This document shows, in pieces, positions 46,747 to 55,473 of a stretch of 64,000 nt of DNA. The stretch's first letter is position 1, and every line of letters starts with the position of its first letter. The notes beneath the pieces are model-generated. The model had not been told where the DNA came from, ran no database searches, and saw only the letters and a list, made by a program, of their open reading frames with translations. The stretch lies in the IMG/VR virus record IMGVR_UViG_3300047388_000220, positions 4,975 through 68,974 of that record; one strand, written 5' to 3'. Position numbers and translations under genes: made by a program. The DNA comes from a virus.

Positions 46747-47267
46747 AGAAGGTCCCCGGCGCTGGCGCGTTATTCGGTAAAGACGTCAAGTCGGAATTCC
46801 TGCGCCTGACCGGAACCCGCTACGATTCGATGGTCGCGCGCATGGTCAAGAAGAAGCTGCCGGCGCTCAATTTCACCAAAGATGAATTCCGCGCGTATGT
46901 GCTAGAGGCACTCGGCGGCAATTACGACGGCGCCATCAGGTGCAGATATTGCCGCAAGGTCTGCACCCTGGCCGAAGTTACTCCGGATCACGAACAGCCC
47001 TTGAGTCGGGGCGGGTCGAGTAACTTATTGAATCTTGGCTTTCCGTGCCAGGACTGTAATAGCCGCAAGGGCTCGCTGACTCCCGATGAGTACCTGAAAC
47101 TGCTGGCGTTTCTGGAGACGATTCCCCTGGGCCGGATAGACGTGCTCAAGAGGTTGCAGCAAAGCGTGAAGCTCGCAGCGAGCGCCAGGCGTATGATTAT
47201 GCAAGTCAAGGGGATTCCGAAGAAGCCTGCAGTTATCAAGCAGGAAGACAACTTACCACCGTTCTAA
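46743..47267 (+). CDS. HNH endonuclease (zinc-binding type)
   Basis: CRYC...DHEQPLSRGG...NLGFPCQDCNSRKG. Confidence 0.85.
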   Translation: MKKVPGAGALFGKDVKSEFLRLTGTRYDSMVARMVKKKLPALNFTKDEFRAYVLEALGGNYDGAIRCRYCRKVCTLAEVTPDHEQPLSRGGSSNLLNLGFPCQDCNSRKGSLTPDEYLKLLAFLETIPLGRIDVLKRLQQSVKLAASARRMIMQVKGIPKKPAVIKQEDNLPPF

Positions 47268-47279
47268 AGGAGGACCACA

Positions 47280-47702
47280 GTGGATCAAGAGCAAGCTAAA
47301 TTTTCCGGCTGGGCGATGATTGAATTATTCGGCCACGGCCACGAGGCGGGATTCGTCACCACGCAATACTTTGGCGACAAAGCTATGTTCCAAGTGGACA
47401 TCCCCGAGATTCCAGCGGGGCAGGAGACGTTCATCGTCCCTAGATGGCTCGGTAAAAAGCTAGCGCCGGTCGGGACCGTTATCGAGAAAGAGGCCATCCC
47501 TGGGCGCACGCGGCTTATCAATCCAGGCGCCGTCTACGCGATGAACCCCGCGACCGAGGAAGCGGTACGCGCCGTTATCGCGCGCAATGAGGCTCGCGAG
47601 ATTAAGGTGATCTCCATGCCTGAAGTGGCAATGCAGAGGTTGAGTGCACCTGACAACGATGACGGCGACGACCACGAAGAAGAACTCGAAGACGCGTACT
47701 AA
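47280..47702 (+). CDS. Hypothetical phage protein
   Basis: AGGAGG RBS; WAMIELFGH...AG...MFQVDIP motif. Confidence 0.75.
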   Translation: MDQEQAKFSGWAMIELFGHGHEAGFVTTQYFGDKAMFQVDIPEIPAGQETFIVPRWLGKKLAPVGTVIEKEAIPGRTRLINPGAVYAMNPATEEAVRAVIARNEAREIKVISMPEVAMQRLSAPDNDDGDDHEEELEDAY

Positions 47703-47799
47703 CATTTCCATACAACGACGAAGAGAAAGCCGGAGCGGTGCTCGCAAGGCCTTACTAGTGGGATGAGCACCGCAAAGGCGAATAACCGAAAGGAATGAC

Positions 47800-48579
47800 A
47801 TGGCAACGACCCGCTTGACGAAGGAAACGCTTTACATCCGTCACGACTTTACGGATGCCGAGCGCTTGGAGATGGGCAGCGCGCTCGCTCAGGCGCACAA
47901 CCGCATGGCTGACATCGAAGACGAAGAACAGGTGATGAAGTCGCAGATCAAGGAGCGCAAGAGCGGGGTTGAGTTGACAATCAATTCTCTGTCGCGCAAC
48001 CTGGCCAACGGGTTCACGATGGAGAACATCGTTTGCGACATCAAGTACGACCAGCCTAATGTGGGCGAAGTGACGTACTTAGACCCAGAGGGTCGCGTCG
48101 TTAAAACGAGACCGATGACCTTGGCCGAGCGCCAGATGGACCTGCCGCTGGACGAGCAGCCGATCCCGGCGGACAAGTCGGCGGAGAATATCGACGAGTT
48201 CTTCAAGCCTGGCAGGCCGACTGAGCAGCCGACCACTGAAACAGCGGCACCCGTACCCCTGCCATCGGCGGAGGACCTGGACGCGGTAGTCGAAGCGCCG
48301 GCGGGAATCGTCGCCGTAATCGGGCCAGAGCCATTCGAGGCGACCAATGACGACCTGCCCGCGGTGCTGGCCTATCCGCAGGACGCAAAGGCTGCTGAGG
48401 AGCGCGAGTTGAGAGAATTCGACGAGCAACTACAGCAGCAAGGGCAAAAAGAGAATAGGCCCGCCAAGTCTGGCCCGAGGGAACTGAAGGCCTACCACGA
48501 GGAGCAGTTAGCTAAAGAAGAGAAACCCAAGCGCACGCCGAAGGGATTCTCGAAGCCCCTTCCGGATGCGGCGTGGTGA
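47800..48579 (+). CDS. Hypothetical phage protein (259 aa)
   Basis: AAGGA RBS; coiled coil plus RPMTLAERQMDL. Confidence 0.75.
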   Translation: MATTRLTKETLYIRHDFTDAERLEMGSALAQAHNRMADIEDEEQVMKSQIKERKSGVELTINSLSRNLANGFTMENIVCDIKYDQPNVGEVTYLDPEGRVVKTRPMTLAERQMDLPLDEQPIPADKSAENIDEFFKPGRPTEQPTTETAAPVPLPSAEDLDAVVEAPAGIVAVIGPEPFEATNDDLPAVLAYPQDAKAAEERELREFDEQLQQQGQKENRPAKSGPRELKAYHEEQLAKEEKPKRTPKGFSKPLPDAAW

Positions 48580-48761
48580 GAGACGAGCCCGCCCCAAATC
48601 TGAAGGAAAGGAGATTCTGAAATGATCGGACCAATTCTCATCGTCATCGCAATCGTTATCCTCTGGGTTATCATCGCCCACGCCGTTAACCACGTTTACA
48701 GCTAGGCGCAACCAGCGCACGAAAGGGGAGAGTACATTGACAAACGTGGTATGATATTGAC

Positions 48762-49220
48762 ATGGCAACTTATCGTCGCAGGGTGCGAGGTTTGGCTGAT
48801 GTCTTCCTTCCAGAGTATCGGATAGAGACGAAACGAGGGTGTTGGGAATGGACTGGAAAGAGAGACAGATGCGGCTATGGAGTGTTCATAAAGAACCAAA
48901 AACAGGTGCGCGTTTGCCGTACAGTTTTAGAGTCTGTCTATGGCCCTCTAGGAAAGTTGGAAGCTTGTCACACCTGCGATAATCCCCCATGTTTTAGGCC
49001 AGACCATCTTTTCGCTGGCACGCACAAAGACAACATGAACGATGCTAGAGAGAAGAACCGCTTAATTCCAAAGAAGGGAATATCGGGCGTTCGTGGGGTT
49101 TGTTGGGTAAGAGCCAGAAATAGGTGGAGGGTACTTCGCTATCACGCAGGAAGACAAGTCACCTATGGGGAATTTGAAAAGCTTTCAGATGCCCTGAAGA
49201 GAAATGCGGAACTTCCGTAA
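48762..49220 (+). CDS. HNH homing endonuclease (His-Cys / HNH_3 type)
   Basis: CWEWTG...GYG...ACHTCDNPPCFRPDHLFAGTHKDNMND; TGgTATGAT promoter 6 nt before the ATG. Confidence 0.9.
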   Translation: MATYRRRVRGLADVFLPEYRIETKRGCWEWTGKRDRCGYGVFIKNQKQVRVCRTVLESVYGPLGKLEACHTCDNPPCFRPDHLFAGTHKDNMNDAREKNRLIPKKGISGVRGVCWVRARNRWRVLRYHAGRQVTYGEFEKLSDALKRNAELP

Positions 49221-49421
49221 AGAGTGTGGTGAGCGCCATTGACCAGCATATTCCGGGCATCACAATTGGTGATCCGCCGATTACGTCCATTAGGAGCATT
49301 TGCTATCCTGACGGGTCTAACGGCTACTACACTCTTGTTTGCCCAGATCGACGCCGCTCCGTAAACCGCGTATCGGAGGGCGCAATCAACACGCGGTTAA
49401 ATCTCTTGAAAGGGAGGAAAC

Positions 49422-49601
49422 ATGAAGACAGCAACAGCAGTGCACAATCTGCCCGGCGGCGGCACCATCAAGGTGAAGGTTACTGCCGAAAACCCAACGC
49501 CCGAACAGTTCCCAATCCTGCGCGAACGGAACGCAATCGCAAGCGCGGGCGCACTGATGGGACTCGCAGATAATCTGAAAGCCAGTCGGCCAGTCAATTA
49601 A
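49422..49601 (+). CDS. Small hypothetical protein (59 aa, MKTATAVHNLPGGGTIKVKV...)
   Basis: Manual translation; GGAGG RBS. Confidence 0.55.
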   Translation: MKTATAVHNLPGGGTIKVKVTAENPTPEQFPILRERNAIASAGALMGLADNLKASRPVN

Positions 49602-49613
49602 CGGGGCGGGGCT

Positions 49614-49918
49614 TAGGCTCCGTCCTCACCCAACAAGAAAGGAATAAAATGAACAAGTATGTAAAGCCGAAAGGAACCGTTCAGTTCTTTCTTGATGAGT
49701 CCGCCCCTGGAGAGAAGTTTCGCGGTGAGCCGCCATTAACTTCGTCTGACGAAACAAGAGAGTTCTGCCCGAAATGTTTTAAGGAAATCACCAACGAAGA
49801 GAGCGGTTACGGTCTGGCGTTTGGCGGCATGGGGATGTACTGGACCTGCGGAAACGAAAATTGTGACTGGTTTTACAAAATAATGGACCAATTGGAGTAG
49901 CTAGGCTCCGTCCTCACC
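49614..49918 (+). repeat. 17-bp direct repeat TAGGCTCCGTCCTCACC flanking one gene
   Basis: Exact copies at 49614-49630 and 49902-49918. Confidence 0.85.
49649..49900 (+). CDS. Zinc-ribbon protein (83 aa)
   Basis: AAGGA RBS; CPKC...GYGLAFGGMGMYWTC...C; lower GC than its flanks. Confidence 0.7.
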   Translation: MNKYVKPKGTVQFFLDESAPGEKFRGEPPLTSSDETREFCPKCFKEITNEESGYGLAFGGMGMYWTCGNENCDWFYKIMDQLE

Positions 49919-49949
49919 GTCTGCCCCCATGAGTTTGAGAGGTAACAAA

Positions 49950-51230
49950 ATGAGCAGCCCCGCGAACATCGATGCGGAGAAGACGATACTCGGCGCCGTG
50001 CTTCTCGACAACCAGGCCCTGGCCGAAGCCGAGGAGAAGATCAACGCTGACGATTTTTCCCTCGACAGCCATCGCCGCATCTTCCTGCGCATGTCTGAAC
50101 TCGCGCGGGCACGCCACCAGGTCGACATCGTTACGCTCGCCAATGACCTAACGCAGCACAAGGAAATCGAATCGGTTGGCGGAGTGGCCTACCTGGCGTC
50201 GCTAACTGAGGGCTTGCCACGGCGGCCGGTCATTGGCGAGTACCTGTCTATCTTGAAAGACAAGTGCTTACTCCGCCGCACCATGATGATCTGCTCCGGC
50301 GGCGTGGCTGAAGCTGCCGACCAGGGCCGCACCGGCATGGAAGTGATCTCCCGCGTCATTGCCGACCTCGAGGATGTCATCTTCCACAACGACCGAGGCA
50401 GCGACCTCGAATCGGTCGGCCAGTGGCTCAGCCAGAACGACGTATTTGCGGAGCGCGTGCCAGGGATCTTCACCGGGATCGATGACTACGACCAGATGAC
50501 TTTCGGACTACACCCGGGGGAGTTGACTGTAATTGCCGCTCGAACTAGCGTCGGCAAAACGTCCATGGCTGGCACATTGGCCCTGAATATTGGCAAGCGT
50601 GGCAAGCAGGTTGCCGTCTTTGCCAATGAGCAGCGAAAGGCGTCATTCATCGGCCGCATGCTCTGCGGCAGCGCCAGCGTGTCCTACGACACCTATCGCC
50701 GCGGCAGGCTCGATTGGGTGGAGAAGCAGTACATCGAGGAAGCCATCACTGCGTTCAGGGTGCTTCCAATCTATATTGACCAGCGCTCCAGCATGAGTTG
50801 CCCAAGCATTCGCGCGAAAGCGTCGAGGATGAAGCGCTCCGGTGAACTTGATCTCGTGATCGTAGACCAGTTATCCCGGCTAACTGGCGAGGGTATCTAT
50901 CAGAAGGGGATGCGTGGGGACGAGGTTATCGGCGCCAAAGTGTCGTATCTCAAGGGACTCGCTGAGGATCTGACCGTGCCGGTTGTTCTATTCCACCAGT
51001 TGAATCGCGGAACGCTGAAGAACGAGGGCCAGCGGCCCAGTCTTGAGAATCTGAAAAACTCAGGCGAGTGCGAAGAGCATGCTGACAATGTTATTTTGCT
51101 CCACCGGCCCGACCAGAGCGCCACCAAGCTAGAGGCGGAGGTTATCATCGCCAAGCAGCGCGACGGCGCTACGGGAACAATTCACTGCGAGTTTGTGCCG
51201 CAGACGTGTTTATGGAGGAATAAACGATGA
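49950..51230 (+). CDS. dnaB: Replicative DNA helicase DnaB
   Basis: AEKTILGAVLLD; GELTVIAARTSVGKTS; VIVDQL; QLNRG; LKNSGECEEHAD; IIAKQRDG. Confidence 0.95.
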   Translation: MSSPANIDAEKTILGAVLLDNQALAEAEEKINADDFSLDSHRRIFLRMSELARARHQVDIVTLANDLTQHKEIESVGGVAYLASLTEGLPRRPVIGEYLSILKDKCLLRRTMMICSGGVAEAADQGRTGMEVISRVIADLEDVIFHNDRGSDLESVGQWLSQNDVFAERVPGIFTGIDDYDQMTFGLHPGELTVIAARTSVGKTSMAGTLALNIGKRGKQVAVFANEQRKASFIGRMLCGSASVSYDTYRRGRLDWVEKQYIEEAITAFRVLPIYIDQRSSMSCPSIRAKASRMKRSGELDLVIVDQLSRLTGEGIYQKGMRGDEVIGAKVSYLKGLAEDLTVPVVLFHQLNRGTLKNEGQRPSLENLKNSGECEEHADNVILLHRPDQSATKLEAEVIIAKQRDGATGTIHCEFVPQTCLWRNKR

Positions 51231-51550
51231 GTAAGTTCCATCCCCTCTCCGATCGCATTCTCGTCCTCCCCGACGCCGCTCCGGTCAAGCAGGGCGGCCT
51301 GGCGCAGCCCGCCAGCCAGCAGGATGTGCCGACGCAGGGCGTCGTGGTGGCGGCCGGGCCGGAGGCGCTGAAGGTGAGGATTCCAACGACCGGGGGGCCG
51401 GTTATCTTCAAGCATGGCTCCAACCCGCAGGGCGTCGAAGTGGGACAGCGTATTCAGTGGGCGAGGTTTTCCGGACGCGACTTGCTTGTCGATGGGGTGC
51501 CGCACAAACTGTTGCGTCTTGAGGAAATCGACGGCATCATCGAGGCCTAA
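51227..51550 (+). CDS. groES: Co-chaperonin GroES (divergent)
   Basis: FHPLSDRILV; QGVVVAAGP; VEVGQRI; LLRLEEIDGII. Confidence 0.9.
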   Translation: MSKFHPLSDRILVLPDAAPVKQGGLAQPASQQDVPTQGVVVAAGPEALKVRIPTTGGPVIFKHGSNPQGVEVGQRIQWARFSGRDLLVDGVPHKLLRLEEIDGIIEA

Positions 51551-51600
51551 GTGGTATGCTAAAGGGCATCAATCGAACGAGTCTTAGGAGGACTCGCCCA

Positions 51601-52329
51601 ATGGTCACTCTGAGTGGACAGAGCGTGATGCCCTCTCCTGAAAACATACCATACGGATTTTGTCACTGCGACTGTGGGCAGAAAACAACGGTGCCCACAG
51701 AAACCAATCGGTATAAAGGATGGACTAAAGGTGTTCCCCTTCTATTCCTGAACGGGCATTGTAATCGAATTACTCCTGTATTTGAGGCTGTTCAGCCGTT
51801 CAAGATTGACGGGGAACTGTGCAATTTCATCCCACTATCTAAGGGTCTCATCACCATCGTGGACGCCACTTTGTACCCATTCCTTATGCGATGGAAATGG
51901 TGCGCCAAGCAGTCAGCCACAGGCAAACCTTTTTACGCAATTCGCAATCCTGACCGAAGAATCGGAGAAACAAAAGTAGTCCGCATGCACCGCGTTGTTG
52001 CCGGGATTGAGGACGATTCTATCTTTGTAGATCATCGCTTTCATAACACCCTTGACAATCGAGCTTCGCAATTGCGCACGTGCACCGTGCGCGAAAACAG
52101 CACGAATATGCTCAAGCACAACGACAATTCAACAGGCTACAAGGGTGTGACTTTTGATAAAAGGCGCGGCAAATACGCGGCTCAGATTAGCTCGGCAGGC
52201 GTGTATTACTTCCTTGGCTATTTCGATTCACCCCTAAAAGCCGCTCTCGCTTATGACGCAGCGGCCATTCGGCTGCATGGAGAGTTCGCGCATCTCAATT
52301 TCCCGAACAGAACGGAGCATGTGGCATGA
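51601..52329 (+). CDS. HNH-AP2 homing endonuclease between groES and groEL
   Basis: IPYGFCHCDCG; MHRVV...VDHRFHNTLDNRASQLR; TGYKGV...AALAYDAAAIRLHGEFAHLNF; start uncertain (51601 has an AGGAGG RBS). Confidence 0.9.
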   Translation: MVTLSGQSVMPSPENIPYGFCHCDCGQKTTVPTETNRYKGWTKGVPLLFLNGHCNRITPVFEAVQPFKIDGELCNFIPLSKGLITIVDATLYPFLMRWKWCAKQSATGKPFYAIRNPDRRIGETKVVRMHRVVAGIEDDSIFVDHRFHNTLDNRASQLRTCTVRENSTNMLKHNDNSTGYKGVTFDKRRGKYAAQISSAGVYYFLGYFDSPLKAALAYDAAAIRLHGEFAHLNFPNRTEHVA

Positions 52330-53927
52330 GCAGGCAAACGCTAAGCGGCAAAGAGTTACGATCCAAACTCCTCGAAGGTGTGAACATCCTTGCAAGCGCG
52401 GTAATTGCGACTTTGGGGCCGAAGGGGCGGACGGTGATCCTCGAACGTGACGCAAGGTGGCCGCCTGCGGTGACGAAGGATGGCGTGACGGTCAGTAAAG
52501 AGGTCCGCGACTTGGCCTGCCCCTACGCCAACGCAGGCGCGCATCTGATCCGCGAAGCCGCATCGAAGACGTCAGATGATTCGGGGGATGGGACCACAAC
52601 GTCTACCCTGTTGGCTCAAGTGATCTTCCAAAAGGGCATCGAGGCACTCGACGCCGGGGCCAACCCGGTCGCCTTGAATCGCGGCATCGCAGCGGCGGTC
52701 GCTGTCGTCGTGGAGCACATCAAGGCGATTGCGCAACCAGTTCAGGACGACGAGACTATCGCCCGCGTGGGAACTATCGCCTCAAACGGCGACCGCTCCA
52801 TCGGTGAACTGATCGCCCTGGCCATGAAGCGGGTAGGCCGCGACGGAGTGATCACTATCGCTGAATCCTCCGACGCCGAGACCACGCTCCAGATCGTCGA
52901 GGGGATGCAGATCGACCGCGGCTGGCTGGCCTACCCATTCATCACGGATCCGGAGCGGCTCGAAGCGACCCTCCACGAGCCCTACATCCTACTCACCGAG
53001 CGCAAACTGTTTACCATGACTCCGGAGATTGACACCGTACTCGCCCAGGTGGGGCAGGCAGGCAAGCCGGTGCTGATCGTGGCCGGCGACTACGACCAGC
53101 CATTCGTTGTGAGCCTGATCCACAACAAGCAGCTTGGCGTGCTGCACTCCCTGCCCGTCAAAGCGCCGGCATTCGGAGACCTGCGACGGGCCACGCTTGA
53201 GGATATGGCGACCGTTACCGGAGCCTACGCCTTCACCGAGGACTGCGGGCGACCGCTGTCGAGCGTCACCATGGCCGACCTGGGGCGGGCGGTGCGCGTG
53301 ACCTGCGGGCAGAATCATACCACCATCGCCGGCGGATATGGCGACGAGCATGCCAAGGAATCGCGCATGACGCTGCTGCGGTCGCTGATTGAGGCGACAG
53401 AGAATGACCTCGATAAAGAGCGTCTACGGCAGCGCCTGGCGCGGCTGGCGTCCGGTGTAGCTGTGATCCGGGTGGGAGCTGTGACCGAGGGAGAGATGCG
53501 GGAACGGCGGGACCGCGTTGAGGATGCGGTCTGCGCGACCAGGGCGGCTGTTGAGGAGGGAATAGTGCCGGGCGGGGGAAAGGCGCTGCTGTGCCAGCAA
53601 AGCGACCTCGATATATTCAAGGACAAGTTTAGCGGCGACGAGTTGGCCGGAGTTAGGATCATTCAACAGGCTCTTGAATACCCCGCACGGCAGATTGCGC
53701 TCAATGCTGGACTTGACGCGAACATGATAATCACTAAATATGCGCGCGGAACAGGGCCTATCAACTGGGGATTCAACGCAGCCACGGAAACCTGGGAAGA
53801 CTTGATTCAAACCGGCGTGATCGACCCCGCCAAGGTCGTCCGCTGCGCGCTGCAGAACGCCGCCAGCGTGGCAGCGCTGCTCCTGACGACAGAGTGCATG
53901 GTCGCGGAAATTCGGGAGAAGAAGTGA
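52326..53927 (+). CDS. groEL: Chaperonin GroEL (divergent, no GGM tail)
   Basis: TLGPKGRTV; TKDGVTV; GDGTTT; KAPAFGD; EDAVCATRAAVEEGIVPGGG; IDPAKVVRCALQNAASVA. Confidence 0.97.
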   Translation: MSRQTLSGKELRSKLLEGVNILASAVIATLGPKGRTVILERDARWPPAVTKDGVTVSKEVRDLACPYANAGAHLIREAASKTSDDSGDGTTTSTLLAQVIFQKGIEALDAGANPVALNRGIAAAVAVVVEHIKAIAQPVQDDETIARVGTIASNGDRSIGELIALAMKRVGRDGVITIAESSDAETTLQIVEGMQIDRGWLAYPFITDPERLEATLHEPYILLTERKLFTMTPEIDTVLAQVGQAGKPVLIVAGDYDQPFVVSLIHNKQLGVLHSLPVKAPAFGDLRRATLEDMATVTGAYAFTEDCGRPLSSVTMADLGRAVRVTCGQNHTTIAGGYGDEHAKESRMTLLRSLIEATENDLDKERLRQRLARLASGVAVIRVGAVTEGEMRERRDRVEDAVCATRAAVEEGIVPGGGKALLCQQSDLDIFKDKFSGDELAGVRIIQQALEYPARQIALNAGLDANMIITKYARGTGPINWGFNAATETWEDLIQTGVIDPAKVVRCALQNAASVAALLLTTECMVAEIREKK

Positions 53928-54403
53928 AACGATCAGAGATTACAACTCTAGGCAAACTACGCGCCAAAAGAGATGTGCTTGAAAAGAACATCAAGCGCAT
54001 TGTAACTGCTGACCGACAGGCTAAAAGCCGCGCGTTCAGAACTCAGCAGAAAAAACAGATACTTACTACAATAAAGACCCTTGGAGGCGAAGAATCTTTC
54101 AAAGAGACGTACGGTCAAGGCGCGCGCATTGTTCGAAAACAGTATGTTGACGATGGATGCTCTCACACGCACGAGTGGCGGACCTATGAGAATGAATGTA
54201 AGTATTTAGGCGTTCATCCGAACATCGTCACGATCTTTTGCCAGCAACGTGGAAGATACCTATATAACGGTAAGAGGTACTGTGGTATCCATCTCAAGAT
54301 GCTGTTTCGCATGCATCAATGTGGTACATGCTCCAGTGAATCTCAACTAAGAGATCAGATAAAGCAATACGACACAAACGTTGAAGTGCGGGAGACGAGT
54401 TGA
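53924..54403 (+). CDS. Hypothetical protein
   Basis: GTGA overlap with the groEL stop; lower GC. Confidence 0.55.
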   Translation: MKRSEITTLGKLRAKRDVLEKNIKRIVTADRQAKSRAFRTQQKKQILTTIKTLGGEESFKETYGQGARIVRKQYVDDGCSHTHEWRTYENECKYLGVHPNIVTIFCQQRGRYLYNGKRYCGIHLKMLFRMHQCGTCSSESQLRDQIKQYDTNVEVRETS

Positions 54404-54542
54404 ATATCTGCCGCCACTGCCGCCGCAAGATCATCTGGCGCGAACTAGCGCAAAGGTGGTTCCATGTTAAGAATATAAGTACCTTCTGCGATGGAACAGC
54501 CAAATCAACCGTAGCTGAACCGAAGGCCCTCGGAGGCCGATC

Positions 54543-55292
54543 ATGACTAACTGCCCCACCTGCGGATCTCCCCAGCGCAACATACGTGACACGCTGCATA
54601 CGGGATGGCAAACCCGTCTCTGTGGGGATAGATGGCATGAGGAGGAGAGGATGAGCGAGCTTTGTGACAATAGGGTCTACGTTGGGACTACGGGAGAGTC
54701 CTCTTGTGAATTACAGCGAGGGCACAAGGGAGACCATCGCCAAGGATCATTCGTATGGCCGCGCGACGTGATCGCGTCGGCGCACCAAAAGAAGCTTGCC
54801 GAGTTTGAAGCGGCAGGAATCAAGTTTCCCGAAGCACAGGGCGATAGTATCGAACGAGCAATGCGCGCATTCAACCGGGAGATGGACTTTGGCCCGATCT
54901 ATCAAGACTGGCGTGCGGGCATGACCGCCGCCGCTAAAGAGATACGCGATGATGCGCCGTGCGGGAACGGATGGCATGAGGAGGAGAGGATGCAATTCGT
55001 AAGAAATCCAAGTGATTCGTTTGAGTGCGCCAAGTGTGGCGTTACCCAGTCTGCGCACTCATTAGCGTCGCCCGGCTGTGTCTGGGAGCCAAGATTGATA
55101 GGCAAGCCAGAACAGCAGGGCGACGTGATCGTGCGCGCCTGCAAAGTCTTCGGCGAAGTGTCTGATCACCAGAAGGGACTCGGAGCAGACCGCGACACTT
55201 GTGAACGCTTTGGCATGATCGCCGCCGCCAAGGTGCTGCTCGATGAGGTCCGGCGAAAGATGCTCAAGGTTATGGAGGACATCAATGTCTAG
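54543..55292 (+). CDS. Mosaic hypothetical protein with repeated modules
   Basis: GGAGG RBS; WHEEERM twice; QGDxIxRA...GMxAAAK twice. Confidence 0.65.
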   Translation: MTNCPTCGSPQRNIRDTLHTGWQTRLCGDRWHEEERMSELCDNRVYVGTTGESSCELQRGHKGDHRQGSFVWPRDVIASAHQKKLAEFEAAGIKFPEAQGDSIERAMRAFNREMDFGPIYQDWRAGMTAAAKEIRDDAPCGNGWHEEERMQFVRNPSDSFECAKCGVTQSAHSLASPGCVWEPRLIGKPEQQGDVIVRACKVFGEVSDHQKGLGADRDTCERFGMIAAAKVLLDEVRRKMLKVMEDINV

Positions 55293-55473
55293 AGAGATAG
55301 AGAGCAAGCCGGATTTCTATTGTGTTGATGCCGAAGCGGGGGCGAGATGTGAATGCACAATTCAATGCAGAGGATGCGCCAGAATCGTCGCCAGACGTGC
55401 TGTGGATCGGGAGCAGCCTCCAGACCTCAACGCCGAATGTTCGCCCGGTTCAGACTCGGACGCCCCAAAGTAA
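55285..55473 (+). CDS. Small Cys-rich protein; last gene of the plus arm, converging on terL
   Basis: GGAGG RBS; DFYC...CECTIQCRGC. Confidence 0.5.
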   Translation: MSREIESKPDFYCVDAEAGARCECTIQCRGCARIVARRAVDREQPPDLNAECSPGSDSDAPK

